From Camelus ferus (Eukaryota), in NCBI RefSeq assembly GCF_009834535.1, contig NC_045696.1, forward strand, positions 35,714,001-35,778,000: a stretch of 64,000 bases of DNA. The letters are read 5' to 3'. A program made the position numbers and the translations under genes. Shown here piece by piece: positions 27,180 to 39,295 of this stretch. Within the stretch, counting starts at the first letter, position 1. Each line of letters opens with the position of its first letter. The notes under the pieces were generated by a model. It saw nothing but the letters and a program-made list of their open reading frames with translations. It had not been told where the DNA came from and made no database searches.

Positions 27180-27720
27180 GTTATCTAAACCCTTAAGATG
27201 CTTATCCAGGTGAAGCAGTCTATAATTGGACATTTTGAGATCTTGATTTTATTGCCATACCTTAAGTTTATTTACTTTAAAATTTGCCGCATTTAATGTA
27301 ATCCCTTTTTTCATCCTGTCAAGGCCTTTTGGGATACTAATTCTGTCATCCAGAACACTATCTATTCCTTCCAGATTCATGTCATCTTCTATTTGGATAA
27401 TCACATTTTCATACAAGTCATTGATAAATGGTGATAAGTGTTACAGGATAGGACTGAGAAGAAAATCTTATGTTCTGCTACTGGAAATGTCTCTTTAAGT
27501 TTATACTTTTCTATAAATAAACATGTTTGGATATGTCCATTTAATTTATTACAAATCCACCTAACTACTGCTTTGACTTAAAACTGTAAAATACGACATA
27601 CATGCTGCCATATTTTCAACACATATTACAGAATGATCTGGTTTTAAAAATTTTTGAAGTTGAATCCATTTGATAATTTATTCTGAAATTATACTTGTGA
27701 TTTTTGTATTTGAAGAAAAT
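27180..27720 (-). mobile_element. L3/CR1 LINE RT fragment (continues at ~32115-32260)
   Basis: ctaattctgtcatcc...ccagattcatgtcatcttctatttgga...caagtcattgataaa resembles the antisense CR1 RT (F)ADD region; ccttttataaaaattgg after 32115 resembles the antisense (I)FKKG segment. Confidence 0.55.
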
Positions 27721-27757
27721 TACTGTGGTAAATTGATTGCAAAAATGGCTGAATGCA

Positions 27758-27896
27758 AGGGGGGAGGGCATAGCTCAGTGGTAGAGTGTGTGCTCAGCAT
27801 GCACGAAGTCCTGGGTTCAATCCCCAGTTCCTCTGTTAAAAAAATAAATAAATAAACCTAGTTACCTGCCCCCACTAAAAAAAAAAAAAGATAAAC
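27758..27896 (+). mobile_element. tRNA-derived SINE, camelid Vic-1 type
   Basis: ggggagggcatagctcagtggtagag (A box)...ctgggttcaatcccc (B box), taaataaacctagttacc, A-tail; TSD aaaaatggctgaatgca (27741-27757) / aaaaatgactgagtgca (27897-27913). Confidence 0.92.
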
Positions 27897-28797
27897 AAAA
27901 ATGACTGAGTGCATGATTCCTCTAAGAGTACCTTTTGTGCTGTAATTTTATAGCTTCTACAATCAAGAGGTGGACTCTGTTTCCTTCATTTCTGAATCTG
28001 GGGTGATTCTGACATGCTTTGGCCAACAGAATATGGTGGAAGTATCAATATGATGTATCAATTCTTAAAGCTCAGGGAGACTTAAGCACTTCCACTGTTT
28101 CTTGGAATTCTGCTCCATGATGAGAACAAGCTCAGAATAGCCAACTGGAAAATGAGAGAGAGCAGAGATGCTAAGCAGATACTATCTAGACCAACTAGCT
28201 GAACACAGACAGGTGAGTGATTCCAAAGAAGATCATCTGCGTCTGACCAACATTATTGAACTACCCATAGACTCATGAATAATAATAAATGTTACCCAAA
28301 GTGACTTACAGATTCCATGCAATCCCTAGCAAAATTTCAATGGTGTTTTTCATAGAAATAGAAAAAAACAATCTTAAAATTTATATGGAACCACAAAAGT
28401 CTCTAAATAAGCAAAGTAATATTGAACAAAAAGAACAAAGCTGGAGGCATCATATCTGATTATAAGACATACACAAACCTATAGTAATCAAAACAGCACA
28501 GTACTAGCAAAAAAGCAGACATATAAACCAATGGAATGAAGAATAAAGAGCCCAGAAATAAATCCATGCAATTATAGTCAATTGATCTTCAACAATGGTG
28601 CCAAGAAAATGTAATGTAGAAAAGATAATGTCTTTGATAAATGGTAGTAGGAAAACTGGATATCCATATGCAAAGGAATGAAACTGAATCATTCTCTTAT
28701 ACCATATATAAAAATCAATTAGAAATGTATTAAAGGCTTGAGCGTAAGATCTTAAACTGTAAAACTATGAGAAGAAAATATAGGGAATAAACTTCTT

Positions 28798-29258
28798 ATT
28801 TATTAAAGTGTAGTTAATTTACAATATTATATTAGTTCCAGGTGTATAGCATAGTGATTCAATATTTTTATAGATTTTACTCCACTTAAAGTTATCACAA
28901 AATAGTGGCTATATTTCCTTGAACAATGTATCTTTGTTGTGCTGAACAATATATCTTTGTTGCTTATTTATATTATACATAGTAGTTAGCATCTTTCAAT
29001 CCCAAACCTCTATCTCGCTCCTCCTCCCTTTCTTCTCCCCGCTGGTAACCACTAGTTTATTCTCTGAGTCTGTATTTGCTTTGTTATATACATTTGTTTG
29101 TTTTATTTTTTAGATTCCACATAAAAGTGATAACATACAGTATTTATCTTTTTCTGTCTGACTTAATTTACTAAGCGTAATACTCTTTATGTCCATCCAC
29201 ATTGTTGCAAATGGCAGAATGTCATTCTTTTCTATGGCTGAGTAATATTCCATATATA

Positions 29259-29310
<52 letters not shown>

Positions 29311-30824
29311 CACATATATATATAGTCATATGGTAGTCCTATTTTTAGTTTTTTGAGGAAATTCCAAACTGTTTTGCATAGTGACTTCACCAATTTACAA
29401 TTACACCAACAGTGTACTAGGGTCCCCTTTTCTTCACATCCTCATCATCATTTGTTATTTGTAGACTTGTTGATGATAGCTATTTTGATAGGTGTGAGGT
29501 AATATTTCATTGCGGTTTTGATTTGTATTACTCTGATAATTAGTGATGTTGGGCATTTGTTCATGTGCCTGTGGGCTATCAGTGTATCTTCTTTGGAAAA
29601 ATGTCTACTCAAATCTGCCCAGTTTTAATTGGGTTCTTTAGTGTTTTGTTGGTTGCTATTTTTTTCTGGTATTGATTTGTATGTGCTGTTTACAAATTTT
29701 GGATACTAACCTTGTACCAGTCACATCACTTGCAAATATTTCCTCCCGCTCAGTAGGTTGTCTTTTTGTTTTGTTGATGCATGGTTTCTTTTGCTGTGCA
29801 AAAGCTTTTAAGTATTATTAGATCCCATTTGTTTATTTTTGCTTTTATTTCTTTTGCCTTAAGAGACAGATCCAAAAAAATATTAGTATAGTTTATGTCC
29901 AAGAGTGTTCTGCCTATGTTCTATTCTAGGAGTTTCATGGTTTCAGGTCTTAAATTTAGGTCTTTAATCCATTTTGAGTTTACTTTTGTATATGGTGTGA
30001 GGAAGTGTTTTAATCTCATTCTTTTACAGGTAGCTGTCCAGTATTTTCAGCACCACTTATTGAAGAGACTGTCTTTTCTCCATTGTATATTCTTGTTTCC
30101 ACTGTTGTAGATTTATTTACCATAATTGCTTGGGTTTATTTCTGGGCTTTCTATTCTGTCCCATTGATCTATGTGTCTGATTAGTGCCAGTACCATACTA
30201 TTTTGATCACTGTAGCTTTGTAGGATAAAGTCAGGATGTGTGATACTTCCAGTTTCATTCTTTTTTCCTCAAGATTGCTACAGTTTGGGGTCTTTTATAG
30301 TTCTACATAAAATTTTAGGATTATTTGTTCTAGTTCTGTGAATAATGTCACAGATGGATTGCATTAAGTCTGTAGATTGCTTTGGGTAGTATGGACATTT
30401 TAACAATATTAATTTTTCCAATCCAAGAACATGGGTTATCTTTCCATTTCTTTGCATCATTCTCAAATTCCTTCATCAATATTTTATGGTTTTCAAAGTA
30501 TAAGTCTTTCACTTCCTAGTTAGGTTTATTCCTAGAAATTTTATTGTTTTTTATATGATTGCAAAGGGGATTGTTTTCTTAATTTTTCTTTCTGATAGTT
30601 CTTATTAAAGTATAGTTTGTTAGGTCCCAACATGATCACTTCTCTTCCCTTCCTTCCTGATTCCAAGTGTATCTTTCTTTCAGCCTTACTGTTACAGGAG
30701 TCTTTTTGCTAGTCTCCAGTTAGTTTTCAATGAGAGTTGTTCCACATGTAGATATATTTTAATCTGTTCATGAAAAGAGGTGAGTTCTGGGTCCTCCTAC
30801 TCCACCATCTTGATTCAAGTCCCC
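28798..30824 (-). mobile_element. Nested antisense L1: 5' UTR start (~30616-30824) fused to distal ORF2 plus 3' UTR
   Basis: The - strand begins ggggacttgaatcaagatggtggagtaggaggacccagaactcacctc (L1 5' end, YY1-like CAAGATGG); ORF2 lies below ~30615; 3' end at 28798; TSD agggaataaacttctt (28782-28797) / aggaaaaagcttctt (30825-30839). Confidence 0.88.
29252..29323. repeat. Interrupted (TA)n microsatellite inside the nested L1
   Basis: TA run with occasional TG/CA units. Confidence 0.95.
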
Positions 30825-32384
30825 AGGAAAAAGCTTCTTGATGTTGGTCTGGGCAATGAATTTTGCTATCTCAAAATCACAGGCAACAAAAGTGAAAACA
30901 GACAAGTGGGATTGCATCAAAGTAAAACTTCTGCACCACAAAGGAAATAATCAACAGAGTGAAGAAACAGCCTACAAAATGAGGAAAACATTTGTAACCC
31001 ACGCATCTGATAAGAGGTTAATATCAAAAATATATAAGAAACACAACTTTATGGCAACAAAGCCCATTTAAAAATGAGCAAAGGACTTTAACAGACATTT
31101 CTCAAAAGGAGACATACAAATGGCCACCAGGTATATGAAAAAGAGCTCAACATGGCTAATAATTAGGCAAATGCAAATCAAAACCACAATAAGATACCAT
31201 CTGACACCTGTTAGAATGTCTATTGTCAAAAAGATTAAAGGTAAGTGTTGGTAAGGATGTAGAAAAAGAGAACCTTTGTGTGTACACTGTTGGTGGAAAT
31301 ATAAATTGGTATAGCCATTGTAGAAAACAATATAAGATTCACAAAAACTTAAAAAACAAAAATATTATATGATTCAGAAATTCCACTTCTAGTTATATAT
31401 TCAAAGGAAATGAAATCAATATCTTGAAGGATATCTGGGCTTCCATGTTCATTGTATCATTATTTACAATAAGTAAGTGTCCATCAATGAATGGATAAAG
31501 AAAATGTGATGTATACATACAATGAAATATTGTTCACCCTTTAAAAATAAGGAAATTCTGTCATTTGTGACAAAATGGATGAAACTAGAGGACAGTATGC
31601 TAGATATAACAAGTCAGACACACAAAGACAGATACTGCATGATCTTATTTATATACAAATCTAAAAGAGTCAAACTCACAGAAGCACAGAGTAGAATTGT
31701 GGTTGCCAGTGGCTGGGGAGTGAGGGGTGTGGAGAGATGTTGATCAAAGGACACAAAATTTTTGTTATTCAGAATGAATACATTCTGGAGATCTAATATA
31801 CAGCATGGAGATGGTAGTTAATATTGCTATATTGTATATCTGAAATTTGCCAAAAGAGTAGATCTTAGATGTTCTCACCACACCCACACACAATTACTGT
31901 ATGAGCTGATGGATATGTTAATTAGATCAATGTGGTTATCATTTCTCAATGTCTACATACTTCAAAACATCATTTTGTATAATATAAATATATATAATTT
32001 TTGTTTGTTAAATATACCTCTATAAAGCTGAAAATGTATAATAAAATGCTTGTTGTATGAAGCCACTAAGTTGTAGTGGTTTTTTTTAATCACCAATAGC
32101 TAACTGATACATTATCCATTTTACCTTTTATAAAAATTGGAGTAATGATTTCCTGTGAATGTTTGTCAATATATCTCCCATTCTTAGGATTATTCAGAAA
32201 CCATCTATAAGTTTATATTTGGTCTTGTTAATATATGTATTACCCTAAGCTTGGAGTGACAAATAACTTTAACTTTGTAGTTCTGATTTATCAGTAGTGA
32301 AGCTGTATCAAGAAAGATTATGTGAGTGGTTTAATTGCTTATAAATGTCTGTGGACATAGGATAAGGTAGTAACAGCATAAACG

Positions 32385-32599
32385 CAGTATGACCCTGAAA
32401 CAACATGGCTTTGATCAGCAAGGGTCCACTTATACACAAAATTTTTCAATAATAAATACTACAGTACTATACAGTCTGGGGTTGGTTGAATCTGTGGATG
32501 TGAACCACTTATATGGAGGGTGAATTATAAGTAATACAAGAATTTTCAAATTTGAGGAGGGTTGGCACCACTAACCCATTATTGTTCAAGGGTCAACTG
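32385..32599. mobile_element. Tigger2-family (TcMar) MITE
   Basis: TIRs cagtatgaccctgaaacaa / ttgttcaagggtcaactg; internal gggtccacttatac and ggttggttgaatc. Confidence 0.85.
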
Positions 32600-34847
32600 T
32601 GTTTGTTATTCTTGCTTTAGAGAGTCTAAAGTATTCTTGGACCATGAATTTCCACAACTATAATCACTTCCAAACTAGATTTCAAAGGTAAAGACATTGA
32701 CTATGTTGCCTCTTGGCGATTACTGTTAGAATAAATTTATATTACTTGAGAAAGAAAATTGTTTATCATCTGTTCATTAATATGTATTAATTTTTTTGGT
32801 TGTCTAGTTGTTATCTTAAAGAAAATATAAACCTTGGCTCAAAGATGATTGGATAGATAGGAAGATCAGATACCATGGGAAACAAGGGGACAGAACGAAG
32901 TTTCACAAGGAACACACCTTCAGGAATCATCCACTCTTCATCCCCTAGAAAATGCAGCAAGATAGTGGGCTGTTTCAGTTGGGTAAGTCTTCATAGATGA
33001 CAGTGAGCCATGTTAATAGAGGAGGTTTTGTCTGTTTGTTTGTTTTGAGGGTTTTGTTTTGTTTTTTGTCTCTATAGCTAGTGGCATGGGGCTAGAATTC
33101 GTACTTTGAGCACTTTCTTTCCAGGGGGCAAACCATTAAGATAGATGTGGTTGTTTTTTTTGAAACAATGGCTAACAATAGAAGTATGGGTGTTTTCCAA
33201 AATAATGCTTAAAATTCAGAATGTTTTAGATGATTGAATTTTTGTTTGTGTGTTTGGGCATAGAGCTATCACTTCTACTTCTGCTATATATAATTAACTT
33301 ATTAAGTTTAAAGAACTATAGGATATTTTCTCTGAACATTTTAGCACTATTTATACAACTAGTAAATTAAAAAAATCCCAAAGGAAATAAATCAAATCTC
33401 TTGAACATCTAAAACTGACCACAGACGTGAAATCTCCTAAATATTTTTATAAAACAATGGCTTCATGTCACCTTCCCTACAGAATTTCAAATGCTATTAA
33501 AAAATAAAGCATTCGTAATTATCAGATGATTCAACACTTCTTGTTATATCTCCATAACTCATAAAGTAGTACCCAGAAACTCTAGAGGCTAAACCCAGTA
33601 ATTTGTTCCACGTGTGCTCCAGGTCATTCTAACAATGCTCACATTTGAAAAACACTGATCTGTGGCATATTCCTTTACCAGTATTACATCTATTTTCTAC
33701 TCTTTTTGTTCACACTCAAGTTCTACCATACTGAGGGGAAAAATTGAACAGAAAGTACAGAAAGTTCCTGTATACATCCTTAACCCTAAATGATTAGTCT
33801 TTTGAAGTTGCCAAGTTAATTGGTAAAGCACCTTTTTGATCTGAAAGAAATGCATAATGTCACCTGTATTATCACAAAAATTAGAGATTTCTAATGTATT
33901 TTTCCTTTGTTATCTCACCTTGTTGATTTTATCAAGGCTGTAGGTGGAGTTCAACAGACAATTTCTCCTATTTCTGTCATCTAGAAGAGGAAATTGTTCG
34001 AATATATGTTTGTTCAACATTTTCCCACAATTCTCTTGTTTCTATGTATTTGCATGTACAACTATATTGTCTGTTCAAAAGAAAGTTTTCTTAGGACACA
34101 TTTTTTCACATATAACACTTAGTACCTGCATTGCTTAAGGTAAAAAAGGCAGCACTATTGACCAAATTTAATTGAAACATAATGTTTGTTAGGTTGTACT
34201 TCTATTTTCTTCATTGTGGCTATTTTTTAAAATGTTTAATATGAGTTAACTACATGCCAGTTTACGATGTGATGGGAACTGAGGAAAACTGATGTCTCAA
34301 AAATTATCTTGTGATCAAATGCATCCTTGTGCACCAAATAGAATCCAAGTAAGTAATTCAAAGTTGTTGTTAAACAGCAAATCTGAGTTGTATAGTAAAT
34401 GCAGATGGAACTTACATAAGTAAACATAACTGGAGTTCAAGAAATGTGTATTACATTTAAAGGAGTTTTCTCATTTCAGATTAAGACTTAAAATGTTCTC
34501 TTCATGTTCATGTAAGTTTGATTTTAAGCACTTTCAAATTTCATACGTTGTGCAAATCAGCTTATTATATGGATACCCAGAATCCTACATGTCTATACCC
34601 TGAAAATATGTTCTGTCTCTGGGCCAATAAAAATAAAAGAATTCAGCTGAAACAGAAATTCCAAATCATTTCTAAATTCATATACCTCCAGAAAGAGGTT
34701 TGAATTTAGTTAGAATAATATATGTGTGCAAAATAAAGGTTTAAATTTATAGCTTTTTAATTATACATTCCTATTTCTCCTAATGCTGTCTTATTTTACA
34801 TCTCTGTTCTTTTCATCATGTGATGTATAAGGTTATTTTAAACTTTT

Positions 34848-35432
34848 TGGTGGTTTTGATGAACCAGATTCTGCCATCAATTTTCCACTGAGACTAATCT
34901 CCGTCTCTACCTTTCTGGGGTCTTCTATAACAAGAGGCTAGAAGCTGGGAAATTTATTTCCTAGACTCCCTTGTCAGCTGCTTTCCATTTAAGTTCTGTC
35001 AAGGGGATGAACTGGCTAGAGATGAGAAGGCAAGATGAAGACGGAAGGTAGTTTGTTCCTGGTTCTCGCAGCAGCTGCAAGGAAACTACCACAGGGTGCT
35101 CAAGACTCCAGGCTCCTTGGTGGTCTCAAAGGTGAGAGCCAGTCGGAGGCTGGCCTCCTGATGCAAGGTTGTCGAGGTGCCTTCAGCAGTGTAAGTAAGT
35201 GACAGCCATCCAGCAGCAGCAGCAGCAGCAGCTGGTTTAAACTCCTGCGTGTTGACAGCTATGGATCTCTGGAAGTTCTGAAGTTGTATTTTTTTTTAGT
35301 TAAAACTCTTTTCCCACAAGTGCTTCTCCAGCCCTTTCAATACCTTTAAAACCAGCTCTTTTTATGAGCTCTTTCTCTGCTTGAAATGTCTAGAACAGTT
35401 TCTCTTGTCTGGACTGAAAAATGACCCATTCA
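34848..35432 (+). mobile_element. LTR33-like ERVL LTR containing (CAG)7 at 35211-35231
   Basis: atttcctagactcccttg...ttctgtcaagggga...ggctagagatgagaaggc; 3' end ctttctctgcttgaaatgtctagaacagtttct...ctggactgaa. Confidence 0.65.
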
Positions 35433-35697
35433 TGAGAAAAACTTGGGTTATTCATTGGGACAATTAGAAAAGACTGATGTGTGTATGTAAACCTCACACT
35501 GCGTCCAATATGATCAGCACAGAGAATAGCCTTTTCAGCATTAGTGTTGAGGACATAATTCGGGGAAAGTCTCAGTAGTGGAGAGAGTCAGCTAAGATTT
35601 TGCCAGAACCTCATCTATTCTTCATAGATACCTGGAGAGACTGCTGTATTGGGAATGGATAAGAGAGAGCCTTTTACTGCGAGATAGCTATCTTCCA

Positions 35698-35736
35698 GTG
35701 CGTGCGTGTGTGCGTGTGTGCGTGGTGCGTGCGTGT
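35698..35736. repeat. (TG/CG) alternating purine-pyrimidine tract
   Basis: gtgcgtgcgtgtgtgcgtgtgtgcgtggtgcgtgcgtgt. Confidence 0.9.
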
Positions 35737-35809
35737 TTTATATCTGCTCAAAAGAGTCACTTCTTACCCGGTTATCCTTTTATAACGTTAAATGTGCATA
35801 AACGCTTAA

Positions 35810-36020
35810 GCTGTAGAACTGAAGCCAGAGTTTTTTGGTTTAAGCCTGGGCTTCTTTTCTGATCAGCTAGAGTCATGTCAGAGTTTCCCATTTTTGTCTG
35901 GCAAATGAATACCATAATCCATGCCTACTTTGCAGAGCCTTTTATAGGATCAAAAGGGATAATGTACATGAAGGTGCTTTTTAAGAAGTTAAATTCTACA
36001 TTCACGTCAGGTGTTATGAG
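35810..36020 (+). mobile_element. MIR SINE
   Basis: ataatccatgcctactttgcagagcc...aggatcaaaagggataatgtacatgaaggtgcttt. Confidence 0.6.
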
Positions 36021-36404
36021 AGAAGATTAGTTAACAGCTGGACATGAAAGGACGGTGACTTCAGAAATTACACCAAGAAAAGTAATTCCTGAATCAAACA
36101 GTGACTCTGTTCACAGCCTCCATGAACACTTTGACGATTTTTCTCTTTATGTGGAGCTATGAAGTCAGAAATGGCTCAAGAACAAGGTGAGAGATCCATG
36201 AACCATAAAGGAGGAAAGAGCAGAAAACAGTCAAGAGACACGAGCCCACGGTTGCTACACATTCACGTCAGTGTTGTCCTGCCCGTTCTCGGTCGCACCA
36301 TCCTAGAGACACCGCCTCTTACTCTCCTGCCTGTGCGTTGAGCGCTGTAAATGCTGATGGGTTTGTGCCACAGAACCAGAATTATAAAAATATGTTTTTT
36401 AGAA

Positions 36405-36735
36405 ACTATTGCACACTAGAATCAACCAGAGAGCTTATTCAAACACAGATTCAAGTGCACCACCCTCAAATTTATATTCACAACATCAGGATGTCACCCA
36501 ATATTCTGAATTTTTCCAGTGTCCCAGAAGGCTCTCAGGTATGGGTCTGCACTAAGGCAATATTTCACAGAATAGCTTCTGGATCAATTTAATTGAAATT
36601 ACCTTTTTGACATCTTAAAATTTCTAATTTCTGAGCCCAAGCCCAGATTGTAGAATCAGTGTCTTTAAATGGTGGAACCTGAGCTCTGCAGTTCAATAAG
36701 TTACCCAAGTACTTTTATTCATACTCAATTTTGGC
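36405..36735. mobile_element. MER5A/B-type MITE remnants
   Basis: gcacactagaatcaaccagagagcttattcaaacacagatt; ctgagcccaagcccaga...gaatcagtgtct. Confidence 0.5.
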
Positions 36736-37389
36736 TCCCAGGACTAGCAGGCAAGGTTGGTTCAAGGGTGAGTTCTACACCTGCTATCTCACCCCGACAC
36801 ACTCTCAGCCACTCTGCAAAGCTGTGGCTTTCAGTATGAGCACTGGGGTGGTAATAAAACTTCCCCTGCAGCCTTAAAGTAAAAAAAAAAAAATCGTACT
36901 TCATTGCATTCCTAAATCAAGTTGTAACTGTTTTAAACGAAAATAAAGACAATGACGTTTAAAAAGCAAATAACTGGTAAAGTTCACTAACAAGTGAACT
37001 CAGGACTTTGATTTTTCCAAAGTTTTATACTAAGTTCCATCCCGTGCCTTCTTGGCTTCCTCTCTGTAGCCACCTCTAAAGTTGGTGTTATTCTTCTATA
37101 CTGCATGGCGACAATTCTCAGTAGTCATTTCACTTGGCAGCATTGTCACTCTTGGCTTTTGGGCTTGCACGGTTTCTGCAATTTGGAGTGCTCTCATTGA
37201 TGCATTTATCTGGTTAACCTACTCATTCTTCTAAGTTCCTCTTAAACATCACCAACTCTGGGAAATGTTTTCGGTCTCTCAAGCCCAGGTTATTCCCTGC
37301 CCTCTATGCTAGCATCCAGGTCCCTTCCTATTGTATACACCACACACTAGGCTAAGTCTCCACTTATTTGCCTTCATCTCCCACTAGAT

Positions 37390-37601
37390 CAGAGCTGTCA
37401 GTTTTTTTTTGACTCTGTAAGTACCAGATAGTAATTATTTTAGGCTTTGGGGGTCATGAAGTCTCTGTCACAATTACTCATCTCTGTCATTGGAACAAGA
37501 AAACAGCAATGGAGAATAGGAATGACTGTGTTCCTGTAAAATTTTATTTACCACAACGGTCAGTGGGGAGATTTGGCCATGGATCTTGGTTTGCTGACCT
37601 G
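37390..37601. mobile_element. MER58A hAT MITE inserted in an L2 fragment (~37180-37690)
   Basis: ccagatagtaattattttaggctttg...ctctgtcacaattactca...gactgtgttcctgtaaaattttattta...ggatcttggtttgctgacctg. Confidence 0.8.
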
Positions 37602-37704
37602 TTAGCAAACCATGTCCATTCTTGTTTGCCACTATAGCCTCAAATAATAGAACAGTTTCTGGCCATACATATTGGTTGAATTTAATCTGTGTTCTGTATA
37701 CAAT

Positions 37705-38115
37705 GTGGTCCAACTACTAATAAACAAACAAACAATTAGTGGCCTAAATAAGATAGATGCTTATTTCTCTGTCACATAAGAGAATTCTGGAGGTAGGCTC
37801 TTCCAAGTTGGTAGGGCAGTGTCACTGTTCTGTGTTTTAAATTCTCATCTATATACTTTACCAGCCTCAATATGTGGCTTCTATTCTTGAAGGGACTTCA
37901 TTTATGCATGACTGAAAAAGGGAGGAAGTTCATTTAAGGAGACCTCCTGGAAGTCTGATGTATGTTCACTTACATGAAACTGTCCAGAACTTAGTCACAG
38001 TTAGCTACAGGAGAGGATGGGAAAGGTAGCTGTTGAGCAAGGAGGACTATAATCAGCTAAACACTGGAGTCCAATTACAAAGGGAAAAAGGAAAAATGGA
38101 TGTTGGAGTTTAACA
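37705..38115 (-). mobile_element. Old MaLR LTR (MLT1J/K-like)
   Basis: tagtggcctaaataagatagatgcttatttctctgtcac; tgtccagaacttagtcaca...agctacaggagaggatgggaaa. Confidence 0.6.
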
Positions 38116-39295
38116 CGCACATTAATGCCTACTTGGGGAGGTTGCTTAGTATTTTGTTCCAATGATGTATCTATATGTCAGAAAATGAAGCCCAATTCCA
38201 TCTACTTGGAATGGCTGAAAAGTGTCCGTGAGAAGGAACAATTGCCCTCCATAAAGTTCCTTCCCACCTTATGATTATATTAGTTCATAAACATAGGAAA
38301 ATGACTCAAGCGGTTAGAAAACTTTCATTTTTGAGTGACGCCAGAAGTTCACAAGTAAGTGACCTCCCCAAAATTTCATTTCATGATTAATGTGCTTGCA
38401 TTTACTATAATGTCTCATTCCACACTTCAGAAAGACAAGTAATGTTCATGTCAGGCCAGCTCCACCCAGAATTTCCAAAGCAACTGTTTTTGTGCATAAA
38501 AGGCAGCTTGAAACATGCATAATTACAAATATTTACATCTGTTTCCAATCTCTAAGCCAGAGCACAGAATTACTGTTGTACTGGGGCTTACACAGTGGTC
38601 TCATTTGTTTATTTATGTTTTGGTTCTTGAATTACATACAAACATGCACAATGACAACAATGTTATAATAAATACCTGATATCTATCAGACAATGGGGTT
38701 AGCACACAGGAGGAGATTTTGGTCTTCTCTATGAGGAATGTATATTTGATCTTCACTAGAAGACTTCTAGGTTCAAAGACCTAAAAACAGAAACTTGTTA
38801 AACCTAATTGGTTTTCAGTAATGAATCCTTTTCTTTTCCTATAAAATTTTACGAATTTCCCCCCCATTTTTATTGTATTTAGAAAAAAACAAATAGAACT
38901 ATATCCTTTCCTCTCTCTCTTTTGTCTTCTCTCTCTCCCTCCCTTCCTATGTGTGTGGACTTAGACTTCACTCAATGATCATGAATCTGCTTTACTTTTG
39001 ACATTATTCCAATACTCAGATTTTATATATTTTAACTCCTTTATTTGAAAGTAGAAACATTTAAATCTTCCACTTCCATTTTTACCATGGTGACCTCAAC
39101 TAATATTAAAAAACTATGACCTTAGAATGTTTGTCTTATTGTTGATTCACTAATGCTTTTCTAATATTAATGTGGCAGAAGGAAAATAACTATTCTATAA
39201 TACTTATCATTGGATTTTTTATTAAATCAATTTTATTTTCCAACATTTGACATTTATAAATAAAGCACTGACTTGGGAAGATATTATATAAATAG

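Larger units (their letters stand above)
28292..32037 (+). mobile_element. 5'-truncated L1 (L1MA8-10-like 3' end), interrupted at 28798-30824
   Basis: ORF2 3' part (tacccaaagtgacttacagattccatgcaatccc...); 3'UTR gaaatttgccaaaagagtagatcttagatgttctcacca...tatacctctataaagctg; TSD ataataaatg (28282-28291) / ataataaaatg (32038-32048). Confidence 0.9.
27724..32111 (+). mobile_element. MLT1 (MaLR, MLT1F/G/H-like) LTR split by a Vic-1 SINE and L1s; LTR parts 27724-27757, 27914-28291, 32049-32111
   Basis: Starts tgtgg; caagaggtggactctgtttcc...gaatctggg...tgctttggccaacagaat; resumes after the L1 with ttgttgtatgaagccactaagtt...aatagctaactgataca. Confidence 0.8.

Noticed and set aside
27670..27855. tRNA-like sequence and 61-aa ORF
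   Set aside because: It is the tRNA-derived head of a TSD-flanked SINE, not a tRNA gene; the ORF is incidental.
28504..31743. Several 60-77-aa ORFs
   Set aside because: Off-frame or antisense translations of decayed L1 ORF2 and 3' UTR; not genes.
35211..35231. (CAG)7 as a polyglutamine exon
   Set aside because: Lies inside an LTR33-like element; no ORF or splice support.
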